Assembly: GCA_001949185.1 (NCBI GenBank)
Contig: BDGG01000001.1
Span: forward strand, 2,931,324-2,995,323
DNA: 64,000 nt
Direction of reading: 5' to 3'
DNA from: Ramazzottius varieornatus
Lineage: Eukaryota > Animalia > Tardigrada
Shown here piece after piece: positions 34,901 through 47,141 of the stretch. Every line of letters begins with the position of its first letter. Position 1 is the stretch's first letter. The notes under the pieces were generated by a model, which saw nothing but the letters and a program-made list of their open reading frames with translations, was not told the origin of the DNA and ran no database searches. The position numbers and the translations under genes are program-made.

Positions 34901-37900
34901 GACATGTACATTGTCAACTTGGAAAGCAGCATTGAAGAGCCAGAACAGTACCTGGAATTGTTGAGCATGGTAGATGATATCACCGATTCCGACGTAAGTC
35001 TTTGTGGTATACGAAAGCGATGATTATGTCCTGCTTTGGAAGCTCATCAGACAAACTCAGCAAGGTTGTTTTCCCCACTGGCGCACGTTGTAGAGCTAAT
35101 GCTTGAAAGCGTGCGACTCTTTGAGATTCCATCTGCCAAGTTTGTCTGGTCATCTGGTTGTTGTCCAGAATTTTTTTATCTACTTATTGATAGAATGAGA
35201 CATTGACTATTCGGAAAGCACCCAACAACGTGACGTACGCTCACTTGGCCGTGACTGCAGAGGCCGCCGTGAAGCTGAAGGATCAGCTTGACGACATGAA
35301 CTTCCATGGTCGTGTCTTGATGGTCACTGATGAGTGCCCGGAAGTTGAATCGAGCAGCCCGTCAGGCCCAGAGCCGGAATATGTCCAGAACCATGACTTT
35401 GTCTCCCAAATACGCAAAGAAAAGGACAGTAGTGGTGGATTGAACCCTCTCAAGTAGGTCACGATAGTCTTTGATGATTAGTAGCCATTTTACTTCTGAC
35501 AGCAGATGAAATAGAAAATTTGGTTTGATTTTAGACAAGCTGTCATTCGAGTATTCAAGATGGCGAAGAAGGATGAACTGGCTTTGATAACTCTGCTGCG
35601 CTCGTTCGAGAAAGAGTAAGGCTCTCCATTCCATGTCCGTATACCGTATAGAGTTCGATTACGAATATTCTTATTAGGTATGATCAATCGCTGGATTTGA
35701 AAACATTGCGCGCTATGTCTGACATCGTTCGTGAGAGAGTACGGGATGCAAAGAAATTTATGCAGCTGAACCCGGAAGCTAAACGTTGGGATGCCGAGAG
35801 GGAAAGAAAGGTACGTGAAAGCTTCCTATACTGTGCCTCGATTCTTTCATCCAGCTTTAATGCTGACAACGAAATTTTTTGTCCTGTGAAATTCAGAACG
35901 GTGGGGAGGTGCTACCGTTGTCCTACTGCATCAAGCACTGTCCCGGAGGTTTCATGAACGGTGTTTGGGCTAAGAAGCTGTATGAGCCGTTGAAGCTGTA
36001 CCACGTCTCCAGTGGGTTCTTTGCGGAATCCGTTACGCAATTACTGAAGAAACATCAGAACTGTGTACCGCTGAACTCGTAAGTTTCGCACTACCCTTTC
36101 TTATGCGATGTAATGCTGACAAGGGGACTACGCCAAGCGGCGTATCCTGATGATCAAACCGACTAAACAGAAAGATAGAGGAGAGTTTGGCGCACAGTTT
36201 GAGCTGTCAAACTACAGTAGTCCAAATGCAAATCCAGGAAGATTTTGCGGGATCCGGCACTACCGGCTCCAAGTTGCTGCAATGACGCAAAGCTCTTCGA
36301 CTGGTAATCTTGACTGGCTGCGAACTGTCCACCCGATCAGCTGGTTTGTCATGTTATGACCCGATAGCATGCCATCCTGCGCGCACAACGTGCCGTGGTA
36401 TACCGTTCTGTGACTGGATGTCGAAACAGCTGATCAGGTGAACAATTCGCAGCCAATCAAAACTACCAATCAAAGCTTTGCGTCATTGTAGTAACTTGGA
36501 GCCGGTAGTCCCGGATCCCACAGAATCTTTCAAGATTTAATATTTCGATTAGTTTGACAGCTCAAACTGTGCGCAAGACTCTCCTCTATCTTTCTGTTGG
36601 GTCGGTCTGGTCGTCAGGATGCGCTGCTTGGCGTAATCCCTTGTGAGTCTTTGTCTGTTTAAAATCCTGACAAACTCGACAAGATCGAGTTTCAAAGTGG
36701 CGCACGCTTATAGCCAATAACACCGCGGACGTGCGCCGAGGTTGTCGAGTTGGTCTGTCGAGCTCCCACTTGGTAGTTTAGCAGAGCGAAACTCATTTTA
36801 GGTTCTTGGTGTGCTATGAGGAGTTTTACAAAGACGAGTTGAAGGAAGTGGCACAGAATGACAATACGAACCGGAAGTCGGGTGTTTTTCTCGAGCACCT
36901 TCTGTTGGCTGTACCGGATGTTAGGATCGTCAGGCGACCAAATGGACCACGTCAACTTGTGCTGGCCGGACCCAACGACAAGATTAGTAAGGATGTTCGA
37001 CCTTGAAAATGATATGGTATTATAGAGAGCACGAACGAGCCTACGTTGGCTGTTTTTGCAGAGCCAGGTGAGAATGCGGCCAGAAGTGGTATCGGTGCCG
37101 GGGTGTCTTCCGGTGTAGAAGTTCGGAAAGTGTTGGAGTCACAGCCACGTGCTGCGATGCATTATTCGAACTTGGCCGACGCGCTTCGTCAATGTGGAAT
37201 ACTTTGCGAGACGCGCGGAGACGATTCCGAAACCGTACTGGCTCTTGTCCAGCAGTCATCGGCTGACTTCGAGGTAAATTTATATTTTCCGGAAGTTTTA
37301 TTTGCATGTTCTTCGACTGAAATATGTTATCCATTTCCATTATCACAATTTATTGGACCAAATGTTTTTTTGATCGTATAGGTTATTGGATTCGGTGCTG
37401 AACGAGTTGTGACGTTGAGTCATGCGGCGCAAGTACGACGCTTCTTGGCTCTGGTTGACCAAATCAGGGTTCTGTGCGAAGATGAGAAGATTACCGAGGG
37501 CAACATCGACACGCTGTTCGAAATGGCAGGGCTGAAGAGCTCGGAGAAGCATACTTTCGATGTGGCGGACTTCGGGGTGTGTGAAGTTGAAGACCTACTG
37601 GCGCACATCAGCGACGCACCGCAGTCCGTGGCAGGAGCTGTAGGGAACGCTGGTGATCGTACTACATCAGCTCGCACTGACGGTGAGTATACTTTGTAAA
37701 TTTCTTTTACTCATTCTAGTATGGGGTGACACCAGCCCGTTCAAGCAAAGTTGTGACCACGGATTATTCAAAATTGTCGGATAATTCACGATGAGACTCT
37801 CGGGCCTAACTTTTAGGCTACGGGTGAAAGCCCTGTCAATAAGCTGCTAGAATCAACCGAAAACGAAGGTACCCTTGGCTGCCGAGAAGGGACCGTATGG

Positions 37901-39387
37901 GTGAGGGTCGAATGTGAGCATTAACTCTTCTTCGTTAAGTTCAAGTTTGCTAAAATCCAGCGTGACTGATTCCACTCAAGCTATAGCGCGTGCAGTACCA
38001 GATCAGATTCGCTATCGTTCTGCATTAGCGAATTCGTTTCGTTGACTCGAACAAAAATTTTTGAAGTAAAAGGCTGTTTTGGGAGCGTTGGAAAAACAAC
38101 GAGAAAACATGGGTCTCTACACGACTGCTCCCGCCGAGCCTTGAGCTCTTCTGATCGGTATTTCGACTACGGTAGTTCGATTTGGGATGTCTGGTACTTT
38201 TGTGAAAGGGTAAAGTTGGGGCTGTCGGAGCAGATTAGGAATAACTCTCAAAAACCGTTAATAGAAGAGAATCGATTCTTGAAAGGGTGGTGACAAGTTT
38301 GCTTGAACGGACTTGTATTTTGTAGTTTGATATGCGTCCGGTGTGCAGTCCATGTGTAGCGCAATGATATTCATAATTGAAGCCAAACTCGTCGTTCTGT
38401 GAATTAGTTCTGTTCCGTCTTTTTGTGAATGTGTTCATGTCCTTACATCGACGATAACTTTTGCGGCTTAAGGCTGTTCCTGTGTAGTCTAATCTATCTA
38501 TTGTCACGCAGAATGTGAGGAACCTGTGTACTCTCTATTCCGTTTTGCCGAAGAGGCCAAGAACTTGCTGACGAAGCAACCGGGCTATTCCGAGGATTTC
38601 ATCAAGTTTCCGCAGAAGTTCCGAAAGCTTTATGGTCGCGAACTGAAAAATCGCAGTTACGGCTACGAAAAGCTGTCCGACCTCTGCGAAGCTGTTGACG
38701 AGATATTGGAGGTAAAAGAAGACCGTCCTTGTTCCCCCTAAGTGAACTGAATATTATCCTACGGTTTTCCCTGTTGCAGGTGGTGCCTGTTCCTGGAACA
38801 AAGGACCGTTGTGTGGTGCTGAAGATGGACGAACGCTACAAGCATCTGAGGACTGTGGTGGATCACATCTTCCGCGAAAAGAGCGAAATGTCGCAAGGGG
38901 CGTTTAAGGAAGAATTTAAGCATGTCGGATGGGAGTTCAAGCCGGAGCACTATGGGTGTGAGGCGCTGGAAGAAGTTCTGTACAACCTTGGAGACGACAT
39001 CAAGGTGAAAATTCGAATCAGTGTTGTCCTTTCGATTGCTGACTTTCGTGGTTCCCTGCCGCAGGTGGAGCGGAGTCGACGCAAGTTGTTGTTGGTGAAA
39101 CGTGGATTGAATGACTCGATGGAAGCTCAAGGGAGCGTGACGGAGACGGACAGCGAATCTAGCGTGAGTATTTCTTCGGTCTTCCTTCAGCGGGGGAAAT
39201 GCATGTATATTATGGACTCGTAGAGGCTTCGAGTAAGATATGATGTTTCCAGGCATCGATCCCATCGGCGAGTCCAAGCAGCAGCAGGAATTTAAACAGG
39301 ACGGAGGACGCGGAACCGGAAGTGAACTTGACGTCGATTCAACCATCCATTTCGTCTACTCGCCTAGCTATGAATTTTGGTCAGTAA
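31971..39387 (+). CDS. MARF1: MARF1/Limkain-b1 (NYN + 2 RRM + LOTUS/OST-HTH repeats)
   Basis: LFWDIENC...KNAADDRL...LISGDINF NYN domain; RRM LYVANLP...VRFANP; second RRM; LOTUS-like GVFLEHLLLAVP, FAEEAKNLL..YGYEKLSDL and YGCEALEEVL; C-terminal RLAMNF resembles the MARF1 LAANF tail. Confidence 0.9.
32749..33319. mobile_element. Merlin-like (or MULE-like) MITE, 571 bp, in a MARF1 intron
   Basis: Perfect 9-bp TSD ATATCTTGA (32740-32748 and 33320-33328); TIR GGCAATGGCTCCCCATACTAC vs GGTAATGGCTCCGCATACTAC; GTAGTR subterminal repeats. Confidence 0.85.
33830..33923 (+). repeat. Intronic hairpin family, copy d (MARF1)
   Basis: CAAACTCGACCAGATTG...AGTAGCGCATG-AGCCGATAATACTG-CGCGCCAC...GATCTTGCCGAG. 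Confidence 0.75.
34610..34722 (+). repeat. Intronic hairpin family, copy e (MARF1)
   Basis: CCAGATCG..CCAAGTGGCGCATG-ATCAATGACACTGAAAG-CGCCACTTGG..AATCTGGTCGAG. Confidence 0.75.
35048..35148 (+). repeat. Intronic hairpin family, copy f (MARF1, degenerate)
   Basis: CAGACAAACTCAGCAAGGTTG..TGGCGCACG-AGCTAAT..TGAAAG-CGTGCG...AAGTTTGTCTG. Confidence 0.7.
36120..36643. mobile_element. Foldback MITE with ~180-bp imperfect TIRs in a MARF1 intron
   Basis: CAAGGGGACTACGCCAAGC...TGACGCAAAGCT is mirrored by AGCTTTGCGTCA...GCTTGGCGTAATCCCTTG; TGA flanks both ends (36117-36119 and 36644-36646). Confidence 0.85.
36669..36752 (+). repeat. Intronic hairpin family, copy g (MARF1)
   Basis: GACAAACTCGACAAGATC..AAGTGGCGCACG-AGCCAATAACACCG-ACGTGCGCC..TTGTCGAGTT. 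Confidence 0.78.
37732..38315. mobile_element. Degenerate Tc1/mariner-like MITE in a MARF1 intron
   Basis: 29-bp IR CCAGCCCGTTCAAGCAAAGTTGTGACCAC vs CAAGTCCGTTCAAGCAAACTTGTCACCAC; TA follows the right end, while the left flank is CA. Confidence 0.6.
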
Positions 39388-39902
39388 AGCTTAATCTTAA
39401 TTGTCCTTTAGCACTAATTAATCTGCAATCTTGAACGTATCGTGTTTTTCGTACGAGTACATTAATCGTTTTGGACAGTATCAAAATATATTCGTAATGG
39501 GCCAGTAATTATTAGACTATAGTTTCACGTTCTTTTTTGTTACGAAAGGAAGTGAGCTGCATGTTTCTTTACCACACTGGCTTCAGACGTGTAGTTTGTG
39601 TCTCAGTTTTTAATCGCTTTGTGGGTGTGAGATTCTTGTTGTGTCGTAATGGGCGTTTGAAACTTGGGCAGACAATCAAAAATTAATCTTTCAGTATGAT
39701 TCGATGGTGTCATCAGGATGACTTCTTGGCTCAAGACGCCTTGATCGCTCACGAGCAGACTATTACAGACTAGAAAGTTGGGTGCGCGAAGCCTTCTTTT
39801 CGGTGGAGCGTGGTTGATACCCCGCGCGATGATTGTGTGCTTTGGGTGAGATCCAAGAACAGTTCACGAAGAACCGGAAGTACAGTACCATTTAGCCACA
39901 GT

Positions 39903-39909
39903 ATATAAA
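39903..39909 (+). promoter_or_regulatory. TATA box of Kazal gene 1
   Basis: TATATAAA about 110 nt upstream of the ATG at 40015. Confidence 0.5.
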
Positions 39910-40014
39910 CTTCGTTCGGAAGTTACTTTTCATTTACTTTTCGGGGTCGAAGTGAAGCGGACTGTCGAGCAACCTTGAGTAAGTGCTGCTGGTAATTCTC
40001 TCCCGTTGCTGAGA

Positions 40015-41161
40015 ATGTCGGCCTGGGGTTTATGTTTACTTGCTGGGTTTGCCGTTGCTTATCTTTCCGGTAAGTGGAAAATCTCGAGTCTCAGTCATGT
40101 TACAGTTTTCATTTCGGCGTGTTCTAACTGAAATTGTTTTCGTTGCAGCAAGTCGGATTAACGCCCAGGTTGATTACCCGAGAACTCCGACTCAAACCTG
40201 CAACTGTCCACTGGACTTCCGTCCAGTATGTGGATCGAATGCCAAGACCTACAACAACGCCTGCCACCTTCGTTGCGAGCTAGCATATACACCCGGTTCG
40301 ATCCTTCTGTCTTTTCTTCCCGCGTTGCAGAGATGTGCAGAAATTTTTTCTATGAAATTAATATGATGTGGGAGGTGGGCAAACAAACATGGTCGTTATC
40401 TTGTGAGGCGCACGCCTCCAGTCAATAACAATGAAATCGTGCGCCACTCGAGAGAACGATTTTGTACGTTTGCTTGCCCATCTCCAACGTACTATTCTTA
40501 TGCCTAAGTTCACGTTCTCTTCCAGGTTTGATGCAGCTGAGCGAGGGTGTATGTGGGTCGAATTCGCAAGTTGTTGGCCCTTTCACTTCTGGAGTATCTC
40601 CTTCCGGCGTCGGCTACCCGTATGGAAGTCAACCTGCCTCAACGTACCCGGGTTACAGCGACTACGGCTCGACATGCTCTTGGGGCTGTCCCGCAGTATC
40701 GGTCGGATCGGTATCTGGTCAGCCCAACTGGTCCAGCACCTACGGAACCAGCTTTTACGTGCCGTATGTTTCTGGCTACTCGAACTCGTCTTCATTGTCT
40801 GGTTGTAATTACCGTCATTACAGACCTTACGGAGGGGGTGGAGCCGCAAGTTCGTTGTATGTAGCGTCCAGTAACACACAGGTCTGCGACCATCGCGGGA
40901 ACGTCTACGCTAATGACTGCTTGTAGGCAACCAACCTTTACATTTGGGTTTTATTTCGGCTTGCTGTACGTCTTTTCTTGCAGGTACTATCGGGCGGTCT
41001 GTGAGGCCGAACGACGACAAGACTTCCTCATGAAGAGAACTTGCACGGCCGGAGTTACCAGCACCGTCTACGAAGGTTTCAACCCGTCCCGGTACCGCAG
41101 CGGGACTCTTCTGGCTAACGAGGTAGTCACCACAACGACATCAAGACCGGTACCTGGGTAA
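40015..41161 (+). CDS. Secreted Kazal-type protease inhibitor domain protein 1
   Basis: Signal MSAWGLCLLAGFAVAYLS; CNCPLDFRPVCGSNAKTYNNACHLRC...EGVC; Tyr/Gly/Ser linker; second partial Kazal VCDHRGNVYANDCL|YYRAVC. Confidence 0.85.
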
Positions 41162-41731
41162 AAGTAATCGGAGATCTTGCTCATTTTATACTCTTACGTT
41201 CATACCACTGTTTTGATACTGTCTGAAAAGATACGTCGACCGCTTCTTCGGCATGAGACACATCGATGAAACTTCCGTAAAACCTAGAATCCGTTTCAGA
41301 AGAATGTGAACTTACACGTAGTTTATGGTTATGATCCGTGAGGCTGTTGGTAAAATCAGTCATTCGTACGCCACTTCGCCAGTTCTCCGTTCATAAAACT
41401 ATCGAACCAGAGATTATTTCCGAAGAAACCTGGTTACAGTTGTATCACAGAGACCTAGTTAGACACAAGATATCCGATGTCCCGTTGTGTATGGTCAGTC
41501 TCGTTCGCGATACAGTGCCACTCGTCTTTTAATCTTCTTTCCACATCTTCGACTACAATCGTTTTTCCTCTGCAGTGGTTACAATCTACGTATATCGATT
41601 CAGATTTTTCCTCCTTCCATCCGCCAAAGTCGCGAAGAGCCGGGGGAACTCGCACGATTATCCGGTAGATCTTTGTCTGAGTACCCTACAAAGGTTCTCG
41701 CAGAAGAGTTGCGGAGAAGGCGAGGGAATAC

Positions 41732-43622
41732 ATGCGGATGGAATTCGCCATGGACATACTTAGGCTTGGGCTAGTGATCTCCTGTCTTATAGGTACGTGC
41801 AATACGAAATCAGCTCTAATAATTTAACTGTTGTTCCGGAATAATTTAATAATTTGACTGGAACGGCGGGGACTACCTACGGGCTGATCATCTAATTGCT
41901 GTAGGGAATGCTGCGGTATGGGGGCAATCGGGGAGAGCGCGGCAACGATCTTCTCAACCACTCTCCAACTCTCGCGATCGGTCGTCAAACCAAAGATTCT
42001 CAAAGAGTCAATCCGTCCAGAATAGACAGCTGAACCCTACTCCCAGGCTTGCACCAGCGCCTCCGCCTTCACAACCACAAGTCCAACAGCAACTTCCGGT
42101 CCAGCAGCAAATGCTGCAAGATAACCAAGCTGCCAACATGATCCGCCCATTAAACTTCCAGCTACCTCCTACCAACATGTTTCCTCAAGCTACTCCTCTT
42201 GCCTTCAACTCTCCAAACGAGATGAGTGTCAGTCCCATGATTCCACAGATCTCCATGATACCAGCAAACTTACAACCACAGCAGCCCGCAAGTTTCCCGT
42301 TTGGCCCACTATCTATGAACGGTGTGAACCCAGTGGCGCCCCAACAACGTCAATTCATGCAGTTCATGCAACCAAGCTTCACAGGTGCCCAAATAAAAGT
42401 AGTTAAAATCTAAGGTTGTTGTCTAAAATATATTCACCTTGGTTCTACAGGTAATGGTTACGGAGGACAGAACAACGAATTTGGTGATGTCCCATCGAGT
42501 GGCGCCACCTATTCCGGTTTCGGGGACCCGTACGGTGGCGCTCGGGACGGGGAAGGTGACGGGCTGAACAGCATCTACAGGTCGTCGTTTACTGATGTCA
42601 ACACCATGGAACGTAATGCACGTTACGGAGGATCTTCCGGTGGATCGAGCAATGGGTACGCGTACCCCGCCATGGGCAATACCTACGCAAGTCCAGGCTA
42701 TGGTGGCAGCTACGGATCGGGTCAAGGAAATATGAACTCCGTGGAGTGCCTGTGTACTACGGACTACATCCCTGTATGCGGAAGTGACGGAATCACTTAC
42801 ATCAACCTTTGCGATTTCCGGTGCGCGAAACAACAGGGACGTGTGGTATCCTGTAAGCCAGCACTGAGACTTTCGTCAAAACAAGAAAATCTGTTTCAGC
42901 GTTGAGCCATGTTGAACCTCTCTTTGTAGCTGTAACCTCTAGAAGAGGGGAGTGTGCCGGTACTTCGACAAACAACAGCATCGGTGTCAGTTGGGAAGTG
43001 TACAATAGCCCTTACTATCGGCCAGGAGACCCTTGGTGAGATAGATCACGGAAATATTCACGAAATCAGCCCAGTGTTTTCAGTTATCAGAAATTCTAAT
43101 TTTGGTCTGTTTGGTTTCAGCAATTGGAAATGCTACAAGGGTACCTTGACCGTATGTGACCAAAATGGCGTTGTCTACGTGAATGCATGCGTGTTTTGGA
43201 AAACCAACTGCCGCAATGGAGGAACCTTGACAGTGACTCCGTGTACAACCACAGCCAGCGGTGCTATGGTTCTCGACACCGACAGTACTGCCACAGCTAC
43301 CGGTGGAGGCATCATTTCCGCCGGCGGAAATTTTGTCGGTGGATCCGCTAGTGCCATTACAGTGAGGGGTCCTTCTGACAGCACCGTAATTACCATTAGT
43401 GAACCAAATAGCCAGAAGAAGTTTGACTTTGGCGGGCCTTTCGGTGAGTTTCCCAGTGCAGAAAAGACTAGCACAACGACCGCTGCTAGTGCCGCTACGA
43501 CCGCCAGCGATGCGTTCGTGTTTCCTTCGGCGAACGGAGATGCGGTAGTGTCATTGAGACAGAGCGACGGAACCGATCCGTGGTCAAGCAGCAACAAGCA
43601 GGTCGTCATTCGCCAACGCTAA
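41732..43622 (+). CDS. Secreted Kazal-type domain protein 2 (Gln/Pro- and Gly/Tyr-rich N-terminus, Thr-rich tail)
   Basis: Signal ..MDILRLGLVISCLIG; CLCTTDYIPVCGSDGITYINLCDFRC..RRGEC; second unit VCDQNGVVYVNACVFWKTNC. Confidence 0.8.
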
Positions 43623-43885
43623 CAAGACCTGTCACGTATGATAAACTACATCCTTACCTCGTCCAGGTCAACATCATCGACCTACTCTTCTTGACTTAAT
43701 GACAACCATTGTAATTCAATGAACTATTGTTTCGCGGGCGAAACTACTGAGATTTTCTGATTCTGCAAACATGTCATAATAAATTTACCCAATCCAAAAG
43801 TTATGCAACTGGGTTTTTACTTGGATCAAATACGCTATCAAAAATTGGGAAAGAACAAACAATTGAGAAACGTTTTATGAACTAT

Positions 43886-45718
43886 TCAATAAATTAAGCC
43901 TTGGTCTCGACACTTGCAAGACGCTTGGCAAGCTACCACCCAAGGATCGTTTGGTTGAGCGGTGCATTTCCTGGTATTAGGTATCAATGCCGGGAACAGA
44001 GTTGGGTTACTCGGTGCCGGTTTATCACAGTTGCTGTAGACGTTCTGGAACGGACAAGGATTCGCTGCAAAGACGAAACTATGCGTATAATTCCCATTCC
44101 CACATGCTCAATACAGTACGAACATACTGCAGAGTCCGTCATCGCACGTAGAGCTCCCCAGGCCGCCACATTTCCCGCATACTCCGCCATTTGCCGAGTT
44201 CCCGAATAGGTAAGGGGAGCAAATATCTCCGCTATTTCCTCTGCAATGTCCAAACATGATTTTTCGAACTTGAGCAACATCATCGATCAGCACGAAGTTG
44301 CATGACGGAATGTACTCACGGAGGTCCATAGTTGCAAACGAAAAAGTTACCGACAGGGTTCGGACAATCGGCGAACCCGCATCCTATCTGGAAGCTGGTC
44401 GCTGTTCAAGTAAAGTATGACGGATCAGTACTAAAATTCGAGGAGCTGCAACAGCTCCGTGCCGTAACGTACCCCATACATCCTAAAAAACATCAGAAAC
44501 GACTTGCGGGTGAGGAAAGTCGCTGTTGGTATTGAAGGGCGAATTCGAAATGACTTTGTACCTGCGTGAAATGTCCAATCAATTCGAAGTCCACGCAGGG
44601 ACTTTGGCCGATGGTAAATAAGTTGGCTTCCTGGTCCCACAACTGAAACGTGCGATTCCAGCTTTGAATTCCGTTGCCGTTAGCGATGTTCTGACCCGAA
44701 CCGTTGAACACTGTAACCAGAAGGAATACAGTAATGTATGACTCAAAGCCTACCCAGGCATTGAATCATAGTGTGGCACTAATTTAGTTTTGACTGCGTT
44801 TCTCAACAGGAAGCCGGGAGCGCCATAACGCACAGCTGGTTGGGCGGATATCTGGTCCGTGGATATTCTGACACCGGTTCGCCCAGTCCTGAGCCACCTG
44901 GGCCGCTTTGCCATCCCACTGCATTTTCAATATATTTGCCCCTCTTTGTTGCCGTCGAACATTATTGATCAGTGTCAATATGAGCTGCTGGACGTTCGGG
45001 CATGATGTGTCGAGCTGTCTAGAGCACTGTGATGATAGGGTGGTGGTGGCTGGAGCCTGCGTAGTGGGAACCGGTGTTGGAGCCGATGTCGGTGCCGCTG
45101 TCGTGGTTGTGGGAGGAGCCGTGGGAGGAGCCGTGGGAGGAGCCGTGGGAGCTGGTGTTGGCGCAGCCGTCGATCTCGTGGTGGGAGGCGCATTCGTGGA
45201 AGCCGGCGTTAGTCGTGTGGTAATGGCAGGAGTCGGTGATGGCGTTGCCCTAGTAGGTGATGGTGCCGGGGCGGAAGTGGAAGTAACGGGACCGTTCAAA
45301 CTGTTCCCCTGAGCCAGGGAGCCTAAAGAAAATACGTACTACTTCTTTTGGTTCAGTCGCTAAATTTGGCTGAATGAGAGAAAGCGGTCTTACGATAGCA
45401 GCAGAAGTTTCCTTGGAAAGCCAAACAACCGACCGTGGAAGCGCTGATCTCGAGCTCGGTACATAAAGTGTCCAGAGTGGTAAGATCGGAGCAGAATCCC
45501 GGTATTGTCAAAGTTGGAAAAACATCTGGTCTGCATGGCACAAAAGTTACCATAGACTGTCTATCAGCCAGTTTGGAGACCCGTTGGTCAAACAGAGCTT
45601 TCAATTCAGAATTGTCCGTCAAGGTCTCCGCGCCGGTACCATGGGATAGAGTATTCCATATCAAAGCAAACGCGAAAACGATACTTTTGAAAAGTAATAC
45701 AGGACGTTTTAGCTCCAT
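43886..45718 (-). CDS. CAP/SCP-domain protein with an N-terminal 6-Cys module, Thr/Pro mucin linker and CRISP-like hinge plus ICR/ShK-like C-terminus
   Basis: INNVRR..GANILKMQWD..AQDWANRC, GQNIA, IGHFTQ, FFVCNYGP, C..C...CDDGLC|NPC..YSNC...CQASCKC..LIY*. Confidence 0.9.
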
Positions 45719-46096
45719 TCTCGAACTACCCTATTTTAGAACACGAACGGAAGTCGAGCTTTTTGAGCGACTTGCATGCATATGGCTCAAATCGATCTTG
45801 TTCTTTTCTCGTTCAGTCAGTCACGTCTTTGATATCGAGACGAACAGCATCAATTATTTGTCCATGCTGCCGATCGCGTTTTATGTTAAACTTCGAGTTC
45901 GCTGTATAATAAAGAGACTAGGTGTTTTTTATACTACTTTTAGTTCTTGATTCGTGTGAAAAAGAAGCAAAGCCCTACGAATCATCACCACTGAACTGTC
46001 TCGGACGTTGTCCGTGTAGCCACCTACAGCTTATTTGGATTTTCGAACCATAACAAAAGCGGATGAAAACATCGTTGGCACGTTGTGTCACCCTAA

Positions 46097-46351
46097 CGAG
46101 GGAACGGACAGGACGATCAGACACCGATCTTCGCTTTGATGCTTCCACCTGATNNNNNNNNNNNNNNNNNNNNNNNNNNNNNNNNNNNNNNNNNNNNNNN
46201 NNNATGGCTCCACGCTTTCAGGATTTTCTCCTGCTTCAGGGAGGGGTTCACAGCATCTCTTCCTGATTTTTATAGTAAGCTAAGAAACCTACCCATCAGG
46301 TGGAAGCATCAAAACGAAGATCGGCGTCTGATCGTCCTGACCGTTCCCTCG
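46097..46351. mobile_element. Foldback/MITE with IRs of at least 57 bp spanning the assembly gap
   Basis: CGAGGGAACGG..CTTCCACCTGAT is mirrored by ATCAGGTGGAAG..CCGTTCCCTCG; TAA on both flanks (46094-46096 and 46352-46354). Confidence 0.75.
46154..46203. other. Assembly gap (50 N)
   Basis: Run of n. Confidence 1.
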
Positions 46352-47141
46352 TAAGTAGTTTTGAATGCGATATCATGCTACAGAGACAAATAGTTCACGC
46401 AGATGAGAATTCATCTGACCGCAAGGAAATCATAGATATGATTTTCTCCAAAATCATCTTGGCTTCAAACCGCCGACTTGGTAGATTTCGTTGTTGAACC
46501 TTCGCGATGTTTTCATACTCAATTATGGTCAAGCGGCCTTGCATGAATTATGTTCAAGGCAACAGCTTTTACATACGATTCCGGAAAGCTACGGGGAGTC
46601 GTCAGCTCTTTGACCTCAGCTTCATATGGCAGCTTCGCCAAATCAGATAACTAGTGTCTCAGATTTGGCAGGCGAGAATATTGTAATTTATTAAGACTAA
46701 TCAAAAAACGATTTGAGCAGAGCTTCGTTACATGCTTTTGCATATTTCCGTGCATGAAATACTAATACCATGTGTCAAAATGAAGATAAACAAATGACAT
46801 TTCTGATTATTTAACCGGCGTTTCCGCCGGCTGCGCATGTCTGGAACTCACCAGTTATGCGTAAATGGGGATTAAGCAACCACAAAGTTGTAAGCTTCTC
46901 GTGAATAATTGCCGGAACAATGTCCAATCTCTTACGGCTAAACCGCCACTTGACACGTTGGCATCGGAGGACAAAATGTTTTGTCATCGATAGATTGCAT
47001 ATTACGAATTTGACGGTAGGATAAAAAGGCTAGAATCGCTCATGCGAGTGAGAAGTTGAACAATCAGAGACTTATGGTTTGCCATTCGTTCAGGAGTTTT
47101 TAGACTCGACGTTGATCTTGTGCTCCCGACCAATATCAATC

